Shown: positions 38,725 to 50,672, counted from the stretch's first letter. The stretch: DNA of 64,000 nt from Octopus sinensis (GCF_006345805.1 NC_043022.1:22940001-23004000), one strand, 5' to 3'. The notes: generated from the sequence alone by a model not told the origin. Made by a program: numbers and translations.

Positions 38725-39404
38725 TTGGTGATACAATTAGACCCTGTGATATAGTGAGAGTATAGTTGGGGACGGTAGTAAGGAAGGGATCATTTAATTA
38801 AATTTTCACCTTAGCCTTTGGAAATTGGCCCCTGCGACTTATTAAAGGAAGTACTTATTTCCTTTATCCAATCTTTTTTTGTTCTCTTGAAAGACTTTCA
38901 CAAAGACCAGGCTGTCTGAGAGCACGTAGTGAGGATTCTTGAATTATCTTCCATTCCTCTCCTCAAACACGCACCCCTTCCTTTCCGTCCCCATCCCCCC
39001 CATCTCTCTTTCTCTTGCCTTCTCATCTCCAACCTACCTGTTTCTACATAATCTCAAATAGCTGATTGGATGATTAACTGAGCTGTCAGCAGGTGCAACT
39101 ATTAGCCATGATGCGAAGATTGGATGACGGTGATGTCGGCGGCGAGTGATTCAGTGATTCAGAGCAGCTGAAAGCCAGTCTGCTAGACTTTGGCACGCTG
39201 GCATGATGGCACCAAACAAATGGTTGAAATTACATTCCAGTCGCAGACCGGAACTAGTCTTGCTTCCATGCTCAAAGACATTGTTGCTAAGCAACGCGAT
39301 TTATTGTTCTGACTATAGGTTCTCATCAAGAATCATGTGGTATGTGTGTAAATGTTGGCTGCAGAGAATCTTATAGCAGCTCTATCTGTGTGAGTGTGTA
39401 TAGT

Positions 39405-39446
<42 letters not shown>

Positions 39447-40496
39447 TATATATATAGGCATACACATACATATAGACTTGTTACATATGTATATAATATA
39501 TATATATAAATACATTTACATATTTATGCATACATACATATGTGTATGTGTATATATATGTAACTAGTTTGATAAGTGCCAACACATGATACTCTCAGCC
39601 CTTGAGTCACCCTGTTGCTTCTGCTAAACATTAATAAAAATGTATGTACATATATGAGTGTGTATATACATACATGGATATATATATATAAATATATATA
39701 TATACATAAATATATATGTATGTGCATGTATGTATATATATATATATATGTATGTATGTATATATATATAATATATGTATGTATGTGTTTATACATATAT
39801 ATATATATACACATACAGACACATATACATACATTATATAATGTATGTATATGTATATATATATATGTGTGTATGTATGTATGTATGTATGTATGTACAT
39901 ATATATATGATATGGCAATGTGACAATTTGATAAAGGGTTGATTAAAAAAATGTACCCACAAATAAAAAGATTGCTATACACAATCGTATTTGTGGCTTA
40001 GGTCAAATTTAGGAATTGTTGTTGTTGTTGTTATTAATGTTATCATCACCATATTATCATCATTACTGTTATTACTATTTTTCATCACTATTTTCATCAT
40101 TTTTCTTTTTTATTGCTATTACTATTATTATCATTATGATGATTCACATAAAATGATTTTCAGTACTTGATACAACCTTTTATCATTGGCCCTGATTTAT
40201 CAACAATACCCATCTATGTGGCTTTGTGCCAGGGATAGAAATCATCGTCAGAATCATTAGAGCATTGGATTTTAAAATATTTTACAAATAGGTATCCTAT
40301 TTCTTTTTGTTCTGAATTCAAATGCTGCAGAGGTCAACTTTGCCTTTGATTTTCTCAGGGTTGATAAAATAAGTACCAGTCATGTACTGGGGCTGATGTA
40401 TCAGCTTCCTCTCTTCTCAGTAACTACTGGTCCACTGCCTAAATCTGAAACAATCATTATAATTCTTCTTCTTATTATTATTATTGTTATTATTAT

Positions 40497-41280
40497 TACA
40501 GTGGTGAGCTGGCAGAATCGTTAGCACACTGGACGAAATATTGGGTTGTCCGGAAAGTTCATGCCGATTTATAGTAGCTTACCTTTCGACTTATTTTAGA
40601 ACATGGTTGAGTCCATAAAATAGGATTTGACTACACCTCCATTGAGAGCATAGTTTAAGCTATCTTTTCATGGAAGAAGGTTTATGTTCCTATAACCTGT
40701 GTTAATTCTGTAACCATTTAAAATGGAAGATAAGAAAGTTCATTTTCGGTATTGATGCTTTGGGAACCAGACAAAAATTGCTGCAGCTTGGCTGGGATGT
40801 GTTACCCCACCCTCCATATTCACCAGATACTGCTCCTTCAGATTTCCACTTATTCAGGTCTCTGCAGAATAGTCTTAATGGTAAAAATCTCAATTACTTG
40901 GATGACATAAAAAGATACCTTGATGAATTCTTTGCCATGAAACCACCTCAATTCTGGGAAGAGGTTATTTTCAAGTTAAAGGTAAGATGGAGACGCATTG
41001 TGCAACAAAATGGTTCATATTTGGTTGATTAAAAATGTAATGGCAAGTATTTATTGAGCTTTTTCTTTCCTTTAAAATTTGGCACGAACTTTCCGGACAA
41101 CCCAATACTTAATGGTATTTCACCCGTCACTGTGTATTGAGTTCAAATTCTACTGAGGTCGACTTTGCTTATCATCCTTTGAGGGTCGATGAAAGAAGTA
41201 CCAGCTGAGCACTAGGATCAATGTAATCGACTAGTCCTCTCCCCCCAAATCTCGGGCCTTGTGCCTATAGTAGAAAGGAT
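40497..41280 (+). mobile_element. SINE family B split by the mariner insertion
   Basis: Head GGTGAGCTGGCAGAATCGTTAGC..GAAA|TA, resuming CTTAATGGTATTTC after 41107. Confidence 0.85.
40541..41105 (+). mobile_element. Internally deleted mariner (mellifera-subfamily-like), 565 bp
   Basis: TA duplication (40539-40, 41106-07); TIRs TTGGGTTGTCCGGAAAGTTC perfect over 20 bp; N-terminus MEDKKVHFR at 40723 fused to C-terminus LGTRQKLLQLGWDVLPHPPYSPDTAPSDFHLFRSLQN...NGSYLVD* (stop 41030-32). Confidence 0.95.
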
Positions 41281-42115
41281 TATTATTATTATTATTATTA
41301 TTATTAAGGTAGTGAGCTGGAAGAATTATTAGCATGTTGGACAAAATGCTTAGTGGTATTTCGTCTGTCTTTATGTTCTGAGTTCAAATTCTGACAAGGT
41401 TGATTTGCCTCTCATCTTTTCGGGGTTGATAAATTAAGTACCAATGAACTTCTGGGGTCAATGTAATTGACTTGTCCTCTCCCCTAAAATTTCATGCTTT
41501 GTGCCTTTAGTAGAAAAGATTATTATTATTATTACGTCACACAAAATGCTCAATGGCATTATGTCCGTCTTTGCATTCTTTCTCCCTTATTGCATACCTT
41601 GTTGTCAGCTGGGCATGCTATAGCTATGATCCAGCATAGTTTGTTTTCTTTCTCAATTAAGACTATGTCTGGCTTCCTATTCTCTATTATCATTATTATT
41701 ATTATTATTATTATTATAGAAGACGTTGCACAGTATCCAATATTGTGATTTTGTGGATTGAAGATATTGTGTGTACCAGAGATGTGTACTTGCCGTCAAG
41801 TCACAAAAAGGATCTCAAACAGACAGTACTTTAGGCAGTATGTGTCCAGTTCCGAGTAAAGCTGATTTTTACCATGCATCAAGATTTTAGGGTATTTCTA
41901 AAGTGTCCATATGTTTCTTCAGGTTGGGTTGTATTGAACCCAATGCTCCAATGACATCAGGAACAACCGTTATGTTTGACTCTCAGTTTTCATTTTGGTG
42001 ACCTTAATTTTCATCTTGGCGATTTCATTATTTGTATGTTTGTGAGAGATTGTTGATTTATTGTGTGCTTATATATATATTATATATAATTATATAAATT
42101 CTATTTTATTTGAAG

Positions 42116-42262
42116 GATAAAAAGTCAGATTCCGGGGAAGGAAGTGAGGAAGAAGGAGTTGATTTGACCCGGCCGCCTAGTCCCAGACCTCCTGAATTTC
42201 GGAAGTCACATCTCTACGACAGTCCTAAAGTATTTGAACAGATAGACAATCATGTATATGCT
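42116..42262 (+). CDS. Hil: Hillarin/KY-like gene, linker exon (phase 0/0)
   Basis: Acceptor ...ttttatttgaAG, donor GCT|GTaagt at 42263; 147 nt = DKKSDSGEGSEEEGVDLTRPPSPRPPEFRKSHLYDSPKVFEQIDNHVYA. Confidence 0.9.
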
Positions 42263-42312
42263 GTAAGTGCTCTTTATGACATTGAACTGTAAATTGTTTA
42301 TCATTATCATCA

Positions 42313-42705
42313 TAGGCGTTGGAGTGGCTGTGTGGTAAGTAGCTTGCTCACCAACCACATGGTTCCAGGTTCAGTCCCATTGCATGGCACCTTGGGCTAG
42401 TTTCTTCTACTATAGCCTCGGGCCGACCAAAGCCTTGTGAGTGGATTTGTAGACGGAAACTGAAAGAAGCCCATTGTATATATGAATATATATATATATA
42501 TATGTGTGTTTGTGTTTGTCCCCCTAACATCGCTTGACAACCAATGCTGGTGTGTTTACGTCCTCGTAACTTAGCGGTTCGGCAAAAAAGAGACCGATAA
42601 AATAAGTACTAGGCTTACAAAGAATAAGTCCTGGGTTTGATTTGATCGACTAAAGGCGGTGCTCCAGTATGGCCACAGTCACATGACTGAAACAAGTAAA
42701 AGAGT
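42313..42705 (+). mobile_element. SINE family A, full length (intronic)
   Basis: Family head and tail motifs. Confidence 0.9.
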
Positions 42706-42960
42706 ATGGTTTTAACTTTCACATTTCCATGTTTGCTTGGGTCAGGTGGAATTTATGGAGGTAGGTTTTTCTATGGCCAAATGCCCTTCCTGTCACCAAT
42801 CTTTACCTGTTTCCAAACAAAGTAATATTTCCCCCCTACCGGACATTGTTATGCAGAATATTGGAAATGAATGATATTCATTAATAACAATCATGAGATG
42901 TCAAGACAAGGAAACACAAACATACACTTACATACACACAAACATATGTATGCATGTGTG

Positions 42961-42965
42961 ATTAG

Positions 42966-42996
<31 letters not shown>

Positions 42997-43167
42997 CGAT
43001 ATAGAGTATATTTAAACACATGAGGAATCCACTTATAGGGATTCTACATGTTAGAAAGAACAGCTAGGTTCTATAACCTAGCTGTTCTTTATAGCGTGTA
43101 GAATCCCTATTAGTGGATTCCTTATGTGTTTAAATATACACTATATACACTATATCATATGACTAAT
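42961..43167. repeat. Intronic long palindrome (4-nt loop, (TA)n expansion in left arm)
   Basis: Centre CAGCTAGGTT-ctat-AACCTAGCTG at 43061-43084; outer ends ATTAGTCATAT / ATATGACTAAT. Confidence 0.9.
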
Positions 43168-43370
43168 ATATAATATTAGGGAGTATAACTCCAAACTTAC
43201 AGTTCACAATATAAATATATAATATATATAAACTAGAGAAAAACCACTATTATGCAATTCAAACAATGATAGACATAAACCAAATCATAAATTTAAAAAA
43301 AATATATATATATATTTTTTTTAAAACATATAACTAGATCACAAAAAGTATAAAAATGAATAATCAATAT
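43168..43370 (+). mobile_element. AT-rich repeat homologous (inverted) to 12274-12690
   Basis: Shares TCCAAACTTACAG and AAA(C/T)TAGA(G/A)AAAA...CCAC motifs, in the same order as the reverse complement of 12536-12615. Confidence 0.55.
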
Positions 43371-43380
43371 ATAATAAGTA

Positions 43381-43512
43381 ATTTGCCTTTCATCCTTTCG
43401 AGGTCAATAAATAAAGTATCAGTTTCGCACTGGGGTCGATGTAATCGACTTAATCCGTTTGTCTCTCCTTGTTTGTCCTCTCTATGTTTAGCCCCTTGTG
43501 GGCAATAAAGAA
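43381..43512 (+). mobile_element. SINE family B, 5'-truncated
   Basis: Core and CCCCTTGTGGGCAATAAAGAAAT tail. Confidence 0.82.
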
Positions 43513-44143
43513 ATATATATATATATATATATATTCTTTTGATGTCTGTCATAGGTTAACATTGTTCCTGTTCAGCAACCATCTTTGGCAGGCTCACATG
43601 TGTGCTACAAGGCCTGCTTTTGATCTGCTGCAGTGATGACAACTACCACATGTGAAGCTACATGAATGCAACAGAGAAGGGGTGCCCCTCATGAGCTCTT
43701 GTGTGTTCTCTCTGTTTCTCCTCAATGGCTGGAATTATGAACTTCAGTGATTGGAACTATTCATTGCACCGCAGGGCCTTCTCCTCTTGGTTGTCTGGGG
43801 TGATGCCAGAAATCTTCATATAATAAATACCACTCATATATTAGTAGCAATTCCATCTATTATACCCCACCTTGCCCACATTACAAATTTATAACAATAT
43901 ATTCTTAGCTTTGTCCCATTATTGAAGAATGGGTCTTGTGATTCATTATTCTCATCTCTAAGCAATAATGTCTGTTAATTTCCTCCAGACGTCTCCTTAA
44001 TCCTTTTGAAGATTAAGCTTTCAGACATTTCTCCACTGAACAATCTATAACCATTTCTTTCAAATACAAAAGAGAATAAAGATGTTACGAGTTAAAACTC
44101 AGTACAAATAACAATTGATCATCAACAGTTAAGGGTGTGTATG

Positions 44144-44189
<46 letters not shown>

Positions 44190-44213
44190 TATATATATAT
44201 GTATGTATATATA

Positions 44214-44568
44214 CATCATCATAATCGTTTAACATCTGCTTTCCATGCTGGCATGGGTTGGACAGTTTGACTGAGGACTGGTGAGCCAGAGGCTGCACCA
44301 GGCTCAATCTGGTCTGGCAAAGCTTCTACAGCTGGATGCCCTTCCTAATGCCAACCACTCCGAGAGTATAGTGGATGCTTTTTATGCAACACCGGCACGA
44401 AGGCCAATCAGGTGGTTCTGGCAGTGACCACCCTTACACTCAAAAGGTGTTTTTACGTGCTACCTGCACAGGAGCCAGTCTGGTAGCACTGGCAATGATC
44501 ACGCTCGAATGTTGTTTTTCACGAGCCACCGGCACATGTGCCGGTATGGTGACGCTGGTACCAGTGAA
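44214..44568 (-). mobile_element. SINE family D (intronic, antisense)
   Basis: Reverse complement of the family D core and tail. Confidence 0.85.
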
Positions 44569-44867
44569 GCACTGGGGTCAATGTAACCAACATAAAGACT
44601 CCTGGATAAGGGTATAAAAACTGCACTCCTCTGCCATGCAGGCTAGATGCCTTATCCCTCCTAAGTATGAAAGGGTGTGACAGAGTAGACTCATTCAACC
44701 AGTTTGGTCTCAAGTTCAAGTTCATGGCCACTGCATTAGCCCATGGTTGGCGGAGAGAACATGCTGTGGCCATCAACCTGCAGTGGACTGAACATGGACA
44801 ATCCAATCCAATATCACTAATGAATAAACGCGATGTTCCATTTATTCTTTTCTTTTTTCTTTTGAAG

Positions 44868-44950
44868 GTGGCACAAAAAGAACATTCAACATTCACAGAA
44901 CTGGTTCGAGACCTCACCAGAAACTGTCACAATGAACTGGAAAAGACGCG
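44868..44950 (+). CDS. Hil: Hillarin/KY-like gene, exon (phase 0/2)
   Basis: Polypyrimidine tract and ...ttttgaAG, donor GCG|GTaagt at 44951; 83 nt = VAQKEHSTFTELVRDLTRNCHNELEKT(R), matching the hillarin 'VAQ..TFTDLVR.L...EK.R' pattern. Confidence 0.92.
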
Positions 44951-45335
44951 GTAAGTGGTTGTTATATATTTTAACCCCTGGTCGTACCATTTTAGAAAGC
45001 CACAAATATGTTTGTTTGGTTTGTGTGTATGTATGTATCTCTGAGTATGTCTGCCTGTTCATGTATGTATGTGTTTATGTGTGCGTGTGTTTATTTGTAT
45101 GTTTGTGCATGTCTGTGAGTATATAGATGTGTCTATGTCAGTGTGCCAGCATATGCATGTATATGTGTTTCTCTGTGTGTGTGTGTATAACTACTTGTAT
45201 GCATATAGCTGTGTATATTGTACATATGTGTCTGTGTATATTGCCTGTGTATGTATTGTGTTTCTACCCGGCTTGATCCATTCAAAAACAGCCTATACCA
45301 CATAACTCATGTCTGTATCTATCCTCTCCTTACAG

Positions 45336-45479
45336 GGCACTATATCGGTGGGTGACATGGAAGGATTTAAACAAGCTACAGATTGATGAATCTGTGAATC
45401 CCGATTCTCCATATGGTCTCCTGCGTGGTATTAAATTAGGGACTGAAACGTACCATGATTTATTCAAGCGGTTAGGCAG
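45336..45479 (+). CDS. Hil: Hillarin/KY-like gene, transglutaminase-like domain exon (phase 2/2)
   Basis: Acceptor ...ctctccttacAG, donor CAG|GTaagg at 45480; 144 nt = (R)ALYRWVTWKDLNKLQIDESVNPDSPYGLLRGIKLGTETYHDLFKRLG(S). Confidence 0.93.
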
Positions 45480-45714
45480 GTAAGGACATCATGCAAACAT
45501 CAATGTAATATCAATGATACTGAGAGAAAATCAGACTTCATGTGATTCTGCTAAGTTCTCATTCCATGAGGGTCTACTTTCCCTGCTTTCATTCTTTAAG
45601 GGTTACAAAAATGAGTACCAGGCATGTAATGGTATTGATCCACTCAACCCTTTCTCTTTCTCTTGCTAAATATTATGTAACCTGGAATCCACCCATGGTG
45701 ATCAGGCAGAAGTG

Positions 45715-46470
45715 TTACCACAGGTGGTAAAATGCTTAACAGCATTTTGTCCATATTCTGGGTTCAAATTCTACTGAGGTCAACTTTGCCTTTCATCTTT
45801 TCACAGTCAATAAATTAGTTACCAGTTAAGCACTGGCATTGAGTGAAGGCACATGGATCAGTGGTTAGACCGTCAGGCTCACAATCATGAGGTAGTGAGT
45901 TCAATGCCAAGCTGTATCAGCCTTTGCCTTTCCCTTGGATAACATTGGTGGTGTGGCGAGGAGAGGCTGATATGCAAGGGCGACTGTTGGTCTTCCATAA
46001 ACAACCTTGCCTGGACTTGTGCCTCGGAGGGTAACTTTCTAGGTGCATTTACCCTATTAAGCTCTGGCATTGAGTAATCAACTTGCCCCTCCCCCAAATT
46101 TCATGGCTTGTCCCTATATTAGAAAGGATTCTTATTATGTAAGGTAGTGAGCAAGCAGAATTGTTAGCATGCCAGGCAAAATGCTTTGCGGCATTTCAGC
46201 CATCTTTATGTTCTGAATTTAAATTCTGTCATGGTCAGCTTCACCTTTCATCCTTTCAGGGTCAATAAATTAAGTACCAGTCGAGAACTGGGGTTGATGT
46301 AATTGACTTAGTTCACTCCCCACAAAATTCAGCATTTTCTCTGGCTTCACGTTCTGAGTTTAAATGCCACCAGGGTCAATAAAAAAGTAGCAGTTGAGAA
46401 CTGGGGTTGATGTAATCATCTGATCCCTCCCCCAAAATTTCAGGCCTTGTCCCTACAGTAGAAAGAATTA
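45715..46470 (+). mobile_element. Cluster of family B SINE pieces with a family C copy (45843-46055) in the last intron
   Basis: Repeated core motifs. Confidence 0.75.
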
Positions 46471-46587
46471 TTATTCTTATTCATGTTGTTGTTGCTGTTT
46501 TATACAAGCTGTTTCAAGTGTCACCCAGAGACCTCAAGTAACATCAAATTGGACATTTTACTATGGATGTTATTTATGATTATTGTT

Positions 46588-46886
46588 TGTTCCTTCTCGA
46601 GCCACGCCTGGCTTATAAGGGCCGGTTTCACAGTTTCCTTTGCGTATAAGTTCCCCACCTGGACGGGACGCCGGTCCGTCGCAAGTGAACTGCAAGATGA
46701 AGGAGGAAAGAGTGAGAGAAAGTTGTGGCGAAAGAGTCAGTAGAAGTTTCACTATTACCTTCTGCTGGAGCCACGTGGAGCTTAGGTGTTTCGCTCATAA
46801 ACACACACATCACCCGGTTTGAGATTCGAACCCGCGATCCCTCGACTGCGAGTTCACTGCTCTAACCACTAAGCCATGTGCCTCCA
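46588..46886 (-). mobile_element. SINE family C variant (last intron)
   Basis: Reverse-complement head GTGGAGGCACATGGCTTAGTGGTTAGAGC...GGTTCGAATC. Confidence 0.8.
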
Positions 46887-47060
46887 CTATTTATGATTAG
46901 CAATGATATTATTATTATTAACAATATATGTATATGTGTTGTTGACTGAGATGTTGATAAGTTTAGTATACCATGAATAAATGCTGTCATCTGCTTATTT
47001 TATATATGTGTATGTAAGAACATGTGTAAAAGCTTTTCTTTTCTTTGTCTTCTTTTGCAG

Positions 47061-48417
47061 TTATGCAGGAATGTTCTGTGAAATAATTCAAGGTTATTCA
47101 AAAGGTGCCGGTTACAAACCAGGAATGAAAGTTGAAGACAGCCGGTTTCGAAACTCTTGGACTTCAATCAACATCGAAGGGTCGTGGCAATTTCTTAATT
47201 GCAACTGGGGAGCCAGGCATGTAAGAGCCCATCAGAACTCATCAGAGAATTTGGACCAGTGGGAACTGTCTGAATTTAACTACACGTGTGATGAGTTTTA
47301 TTTTATCACCGAACCTGAGGACCATATATACCAGCACTTCCCAGACGACAGCCGGTGGCAGCTACTTGAATCACCGATCTCCATGGCAGAGTTTTTGAAG
47401 CTTCCTCTTGTCAAATCAACATTCTTCAACTATGGGTTGCGATTTGCTAACCATTATGATAGTATAATAATTACAAACCATGGTGTGGCCATCATTGAAT
47501 TAAAGATGCCTGTACTTTTGGGTTTTGGATACACCCTGGTACCTAAGAGTAAAAATGGTGACAATGCTCCTGTGGAAGGCAGAACTATGCTAAGAATTAT
47601 TGGTCGCAAGGCTATATTTACCGTTGCACCTCCAAAACCGGGCAAATTCTATTTCACGATATTTGCTAAAGAACGATGGGACTCTGATTCATTGCAGAGT
47701 GCGTGTTCTTTTCTGGTAAAATGTCCTGAAAAAGAAAAAGTCCAGCGGCACAGCTTTCCCCTTGTCCCCTTTTTTGGTCCCACTCCAAGTTTAAGCGACT
47801 TTGGTTTGTTGCCTATCAGTCATATTGATCCTTTTATTGTGTATGAAGGAGAGGACCTTCACTTTCGTTTTGAAATCAATAGTTTTGCAAAAATCTCACA
47901 TTCACTGCAATTTCAGGGGTCGACAGAGGCAACAAATATTGAAGACTTTAATCGATTTGCCTTTGTTCGGTTCCGGGATGAGACAACGATATCATACCAA
48001 ATCAGATGTCCTGTCCGAGGATTTTATGTTTTCTCATTGTTCGGCTGTGACCGGGATGTATCCGGTGAAGAAACCTATGACTGTATATTCAGGTATCTTA
48101 TCAACTGCAAATTCATGTCAAAGGACCGGCGACCATTGCCTCGAGCATGTCACCGCTGGTTCAACTGTACGTTGCTTGATCCACAAGTAGGAGACATCAA
48201 CCCGGATAAACGGATAACGTTCCGGGTGTGTGTTCCAGCAGCTGTAGACATTGCAATGCTCATTGATGACACATGGTTCCACTTTCGGGAATCGTCACCC
48301 GGCATATGGGAAGGGACGGTGGTCGCTGGTCGAAGAGCTTGTGGAGCTAAAATATATGCCAAATTAAACAGAGACAAATCACGGTTCTCACCGCTTCTCG
48401 AATTTAGAGTGAAATAA
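47061..48417 (+). CDS. Hil: Hillarin/KY-like gene, terminal coding exon
   Basis: Acceptor ...tcttttgcAG at 47059-60; 1357 nt completing Ser then YAGMFCEIIQGYSKGAGYKPG...RNSWTSINIEGSWQFLNCNWGARH...FSPLLEFRVK*; lies within track ORF 46981..48417; stop TAA 48415-17. Confidence 0.96.
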
Positions 48418-48637
48418 CACAAGGTAGAAATTACAAACTTTCACTCACATTGTACAAAGGTTGTATTTATTGAAAAACATCACATCATTTCTGTTAGTAT
48501 TCTTGGCTCCAAAAGTGACAGCCACTGATAAACATCAAATCTCATCATCAACAACAACAACAAAAAGATTATGTTTTATTAATCCAAATTCAAAAACGGA
48601 GATTGATATAATTATAAATAACATTATTCATGCCTAA

Positions 48638-48643
48638 ATTAAA
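48638..48643 (+). promoter_or_regulatory. Candidate polyadenylation signal ATTAAA
   Basis: ATTAAA about 220 nt after the stop, followed by T-rich sequence; common by chance in AT-rich DNA. Confidence 0.25.
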
Positions 48644-48901
48644 ACTGTTTTCTCATATTTTATTTTTCATTTCTTCAAGTATTCATGTGACAAAATTAAC
48701 AAAACAAAAAACAACAAAAAACAAAAAACAACTGCTGTGGTTTTTAATTTTTCAGATAATTCAGAAAATGTCTTATTTATTGCTACACTGAAAGATTTTA
48801 TACACATAAAATTGTGTGTATGTGTACATACAAGCATATATATATATATATTCATACACACACACACACACTAGCATTTGTGTCTTAAGATACATACATA
48901 C

Positions 48902-48932
<31 letters not shown>

Positions 48933-49014
48933 AGTGTGTGTGTGTGCGTGTGTGTGTGTTTATATATGTATATATAAATGCATATATTTATGTTAGTGTG
49001 TGTGTGTATGCATA

Positions 49015-49058
<44 letters not shown>

Positions 49059-49220
49059 CAAACACACACACACACACTTTCATACATATATAATAGATAT
49101 TAGTGATACAGTAAAACATGGACAGGTCTACAATAAATATACACTGATATGTATTTACTTACACATGCATATATTTGTGTGTGTGTGTGTGTGTGTGTGC
49201 ATATATATATATATATATAT

Positions 49221-49280
49221 AAGGCATTTATGAGTATTCTGCCCCATGACTCTTCCAGGAATAAGTGGCAGCAAGATACA

Positions 49281-49328
<48 letters not shown>

Positions 49329-49430
49329 ATAATATATATATATATATATAATATATATAAGGCATTTATGAGTATTCTGCCCCATGACTCTTCCAGGAAT
49401 AAGTGGGCAGCAATGATACATATATGTATA
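49221..49430. repeat. About 70-bp direct duplication separated by (TA)n
   Basis: 49221-49290 vs 49359-49430 differ only by two 1-bp indels. Confidence 0.92.
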
Positions 49431-49453
49431 TGTATATATATATATATATTTTA

Positions 49454-49494
<41 letters not shown>

Positions 49495-49917
49495 CCTGCT
49501 CGCTTAGCCAGCGGGGTGGCGTCATTCGAAGGCTAAAACAATGCGAAAGCATTGTGACCAGCGATGTGTAACTACATCTGATGGACTGGTCGGTCACGTG
49601 ATCACGTGATATATATATATATATATGTACACACACACATAAACATGCACTGCCATGTTGTCCGAAGTATGTATTCATACTTAAGCGTTTCGTATTTCTT
49701 ACACATGTATCTATCCGTAGGAGTTATATTTAGTGGCTGAGATTATTCATTACAATAGTTTTCATTTAACAAATTCACATAGTGGTAGCTATTCTTGTAC
49801 CAGTGGTTTGAAACATCCTCAATAAATATGTGTGTGTACATGTGTATATATAAATACATATATACAGATGCATATCAATATATATATATATAAGGTTTGG
49901 AGGTGATGTACAGGTAT

Positions 49918-50172
49918 TATATATTAGAAGAAATAAAGTACACAGAAATCTGGATGTTTTTATATTTACAGATTTTTTATGTCACATGTTTTTATAAATC
50001 ATATATTAGCGCTTGCATCCACTCTAGTGGATTCTTCAGGTTGACTGAAGAATCCACCAGAGTGGATGCAAGCGCTATTATCTGATTTATAAAAAATTGT
50101 GACATATTAATAAAAAATCTGTAAATATAAAACCATCCAGATTTCTGAGTACTTTATTTCTTCTAATATATA
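49918..50172. repeat. Long palindrome (about 122-bp arms, 5-nt loop) with a hammerhead-like motif in each arm
   Basis: Centre CTTCAG-gttga-CTGAAG (50034-50050); each arm carries CTGAAGA-ATCCAC-loop-GTGGAT-GCAA-GCGCTA. Confidence 0.92.
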
Positions 50173-50399
50173 TATATACATACACATGCATTTATCTATC
50201 TACACACATACATACACACACACACACACACACACTTATGTATGTGCATATGGATGTATACATATATTTATGTAATACAGATAACTGGTATTAATATTCT
50301 TTTGGCGATTATGTAGATATCACATTTTGCATTCATCTGCCCATTCTGGAACCCAAGAAAATGTTTCTTGCTTCTTTCTCTTCTTTGCACATATAGGAA

Positions 50400-50637
50400 T
50401 AAATACATACATGCCATATATGTTTATATATATATTATTTATATATATATATATGTACATAGATGTATACATATACATGTATTTATATATATAATATATA
50501 TATATATATATCTAATATTTAATATATATATTATCTATATATATATTTAATATATAGAATATATATATATTATATATATATATTTAATATATATATCATC
50601 ATCATTTTAGCGTCCGTTTTCCATATATATATATATA

Positions 50638-50672
<35 letters not shown>

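Noticed and set aside
40760-41032. Functional transposase or SETMAR-like gene
   Set aside because: Only the C-terminal 90 codons remain; DNA-binding domain and first catalytic residues are deleted, and the N-terminal stub hits a stop.
43381-45840. Inverted family B pair around exons 44868-45479
   Set aside because: On checking, both copies are in + orientation and cannot pair.
46483-46743. ORF containing SCFKC, a LIM-like string
   Set aside because: Lies in the last intron, downstream of where a LIM would be, lacks the other zinc ligands and runs into a SINE.
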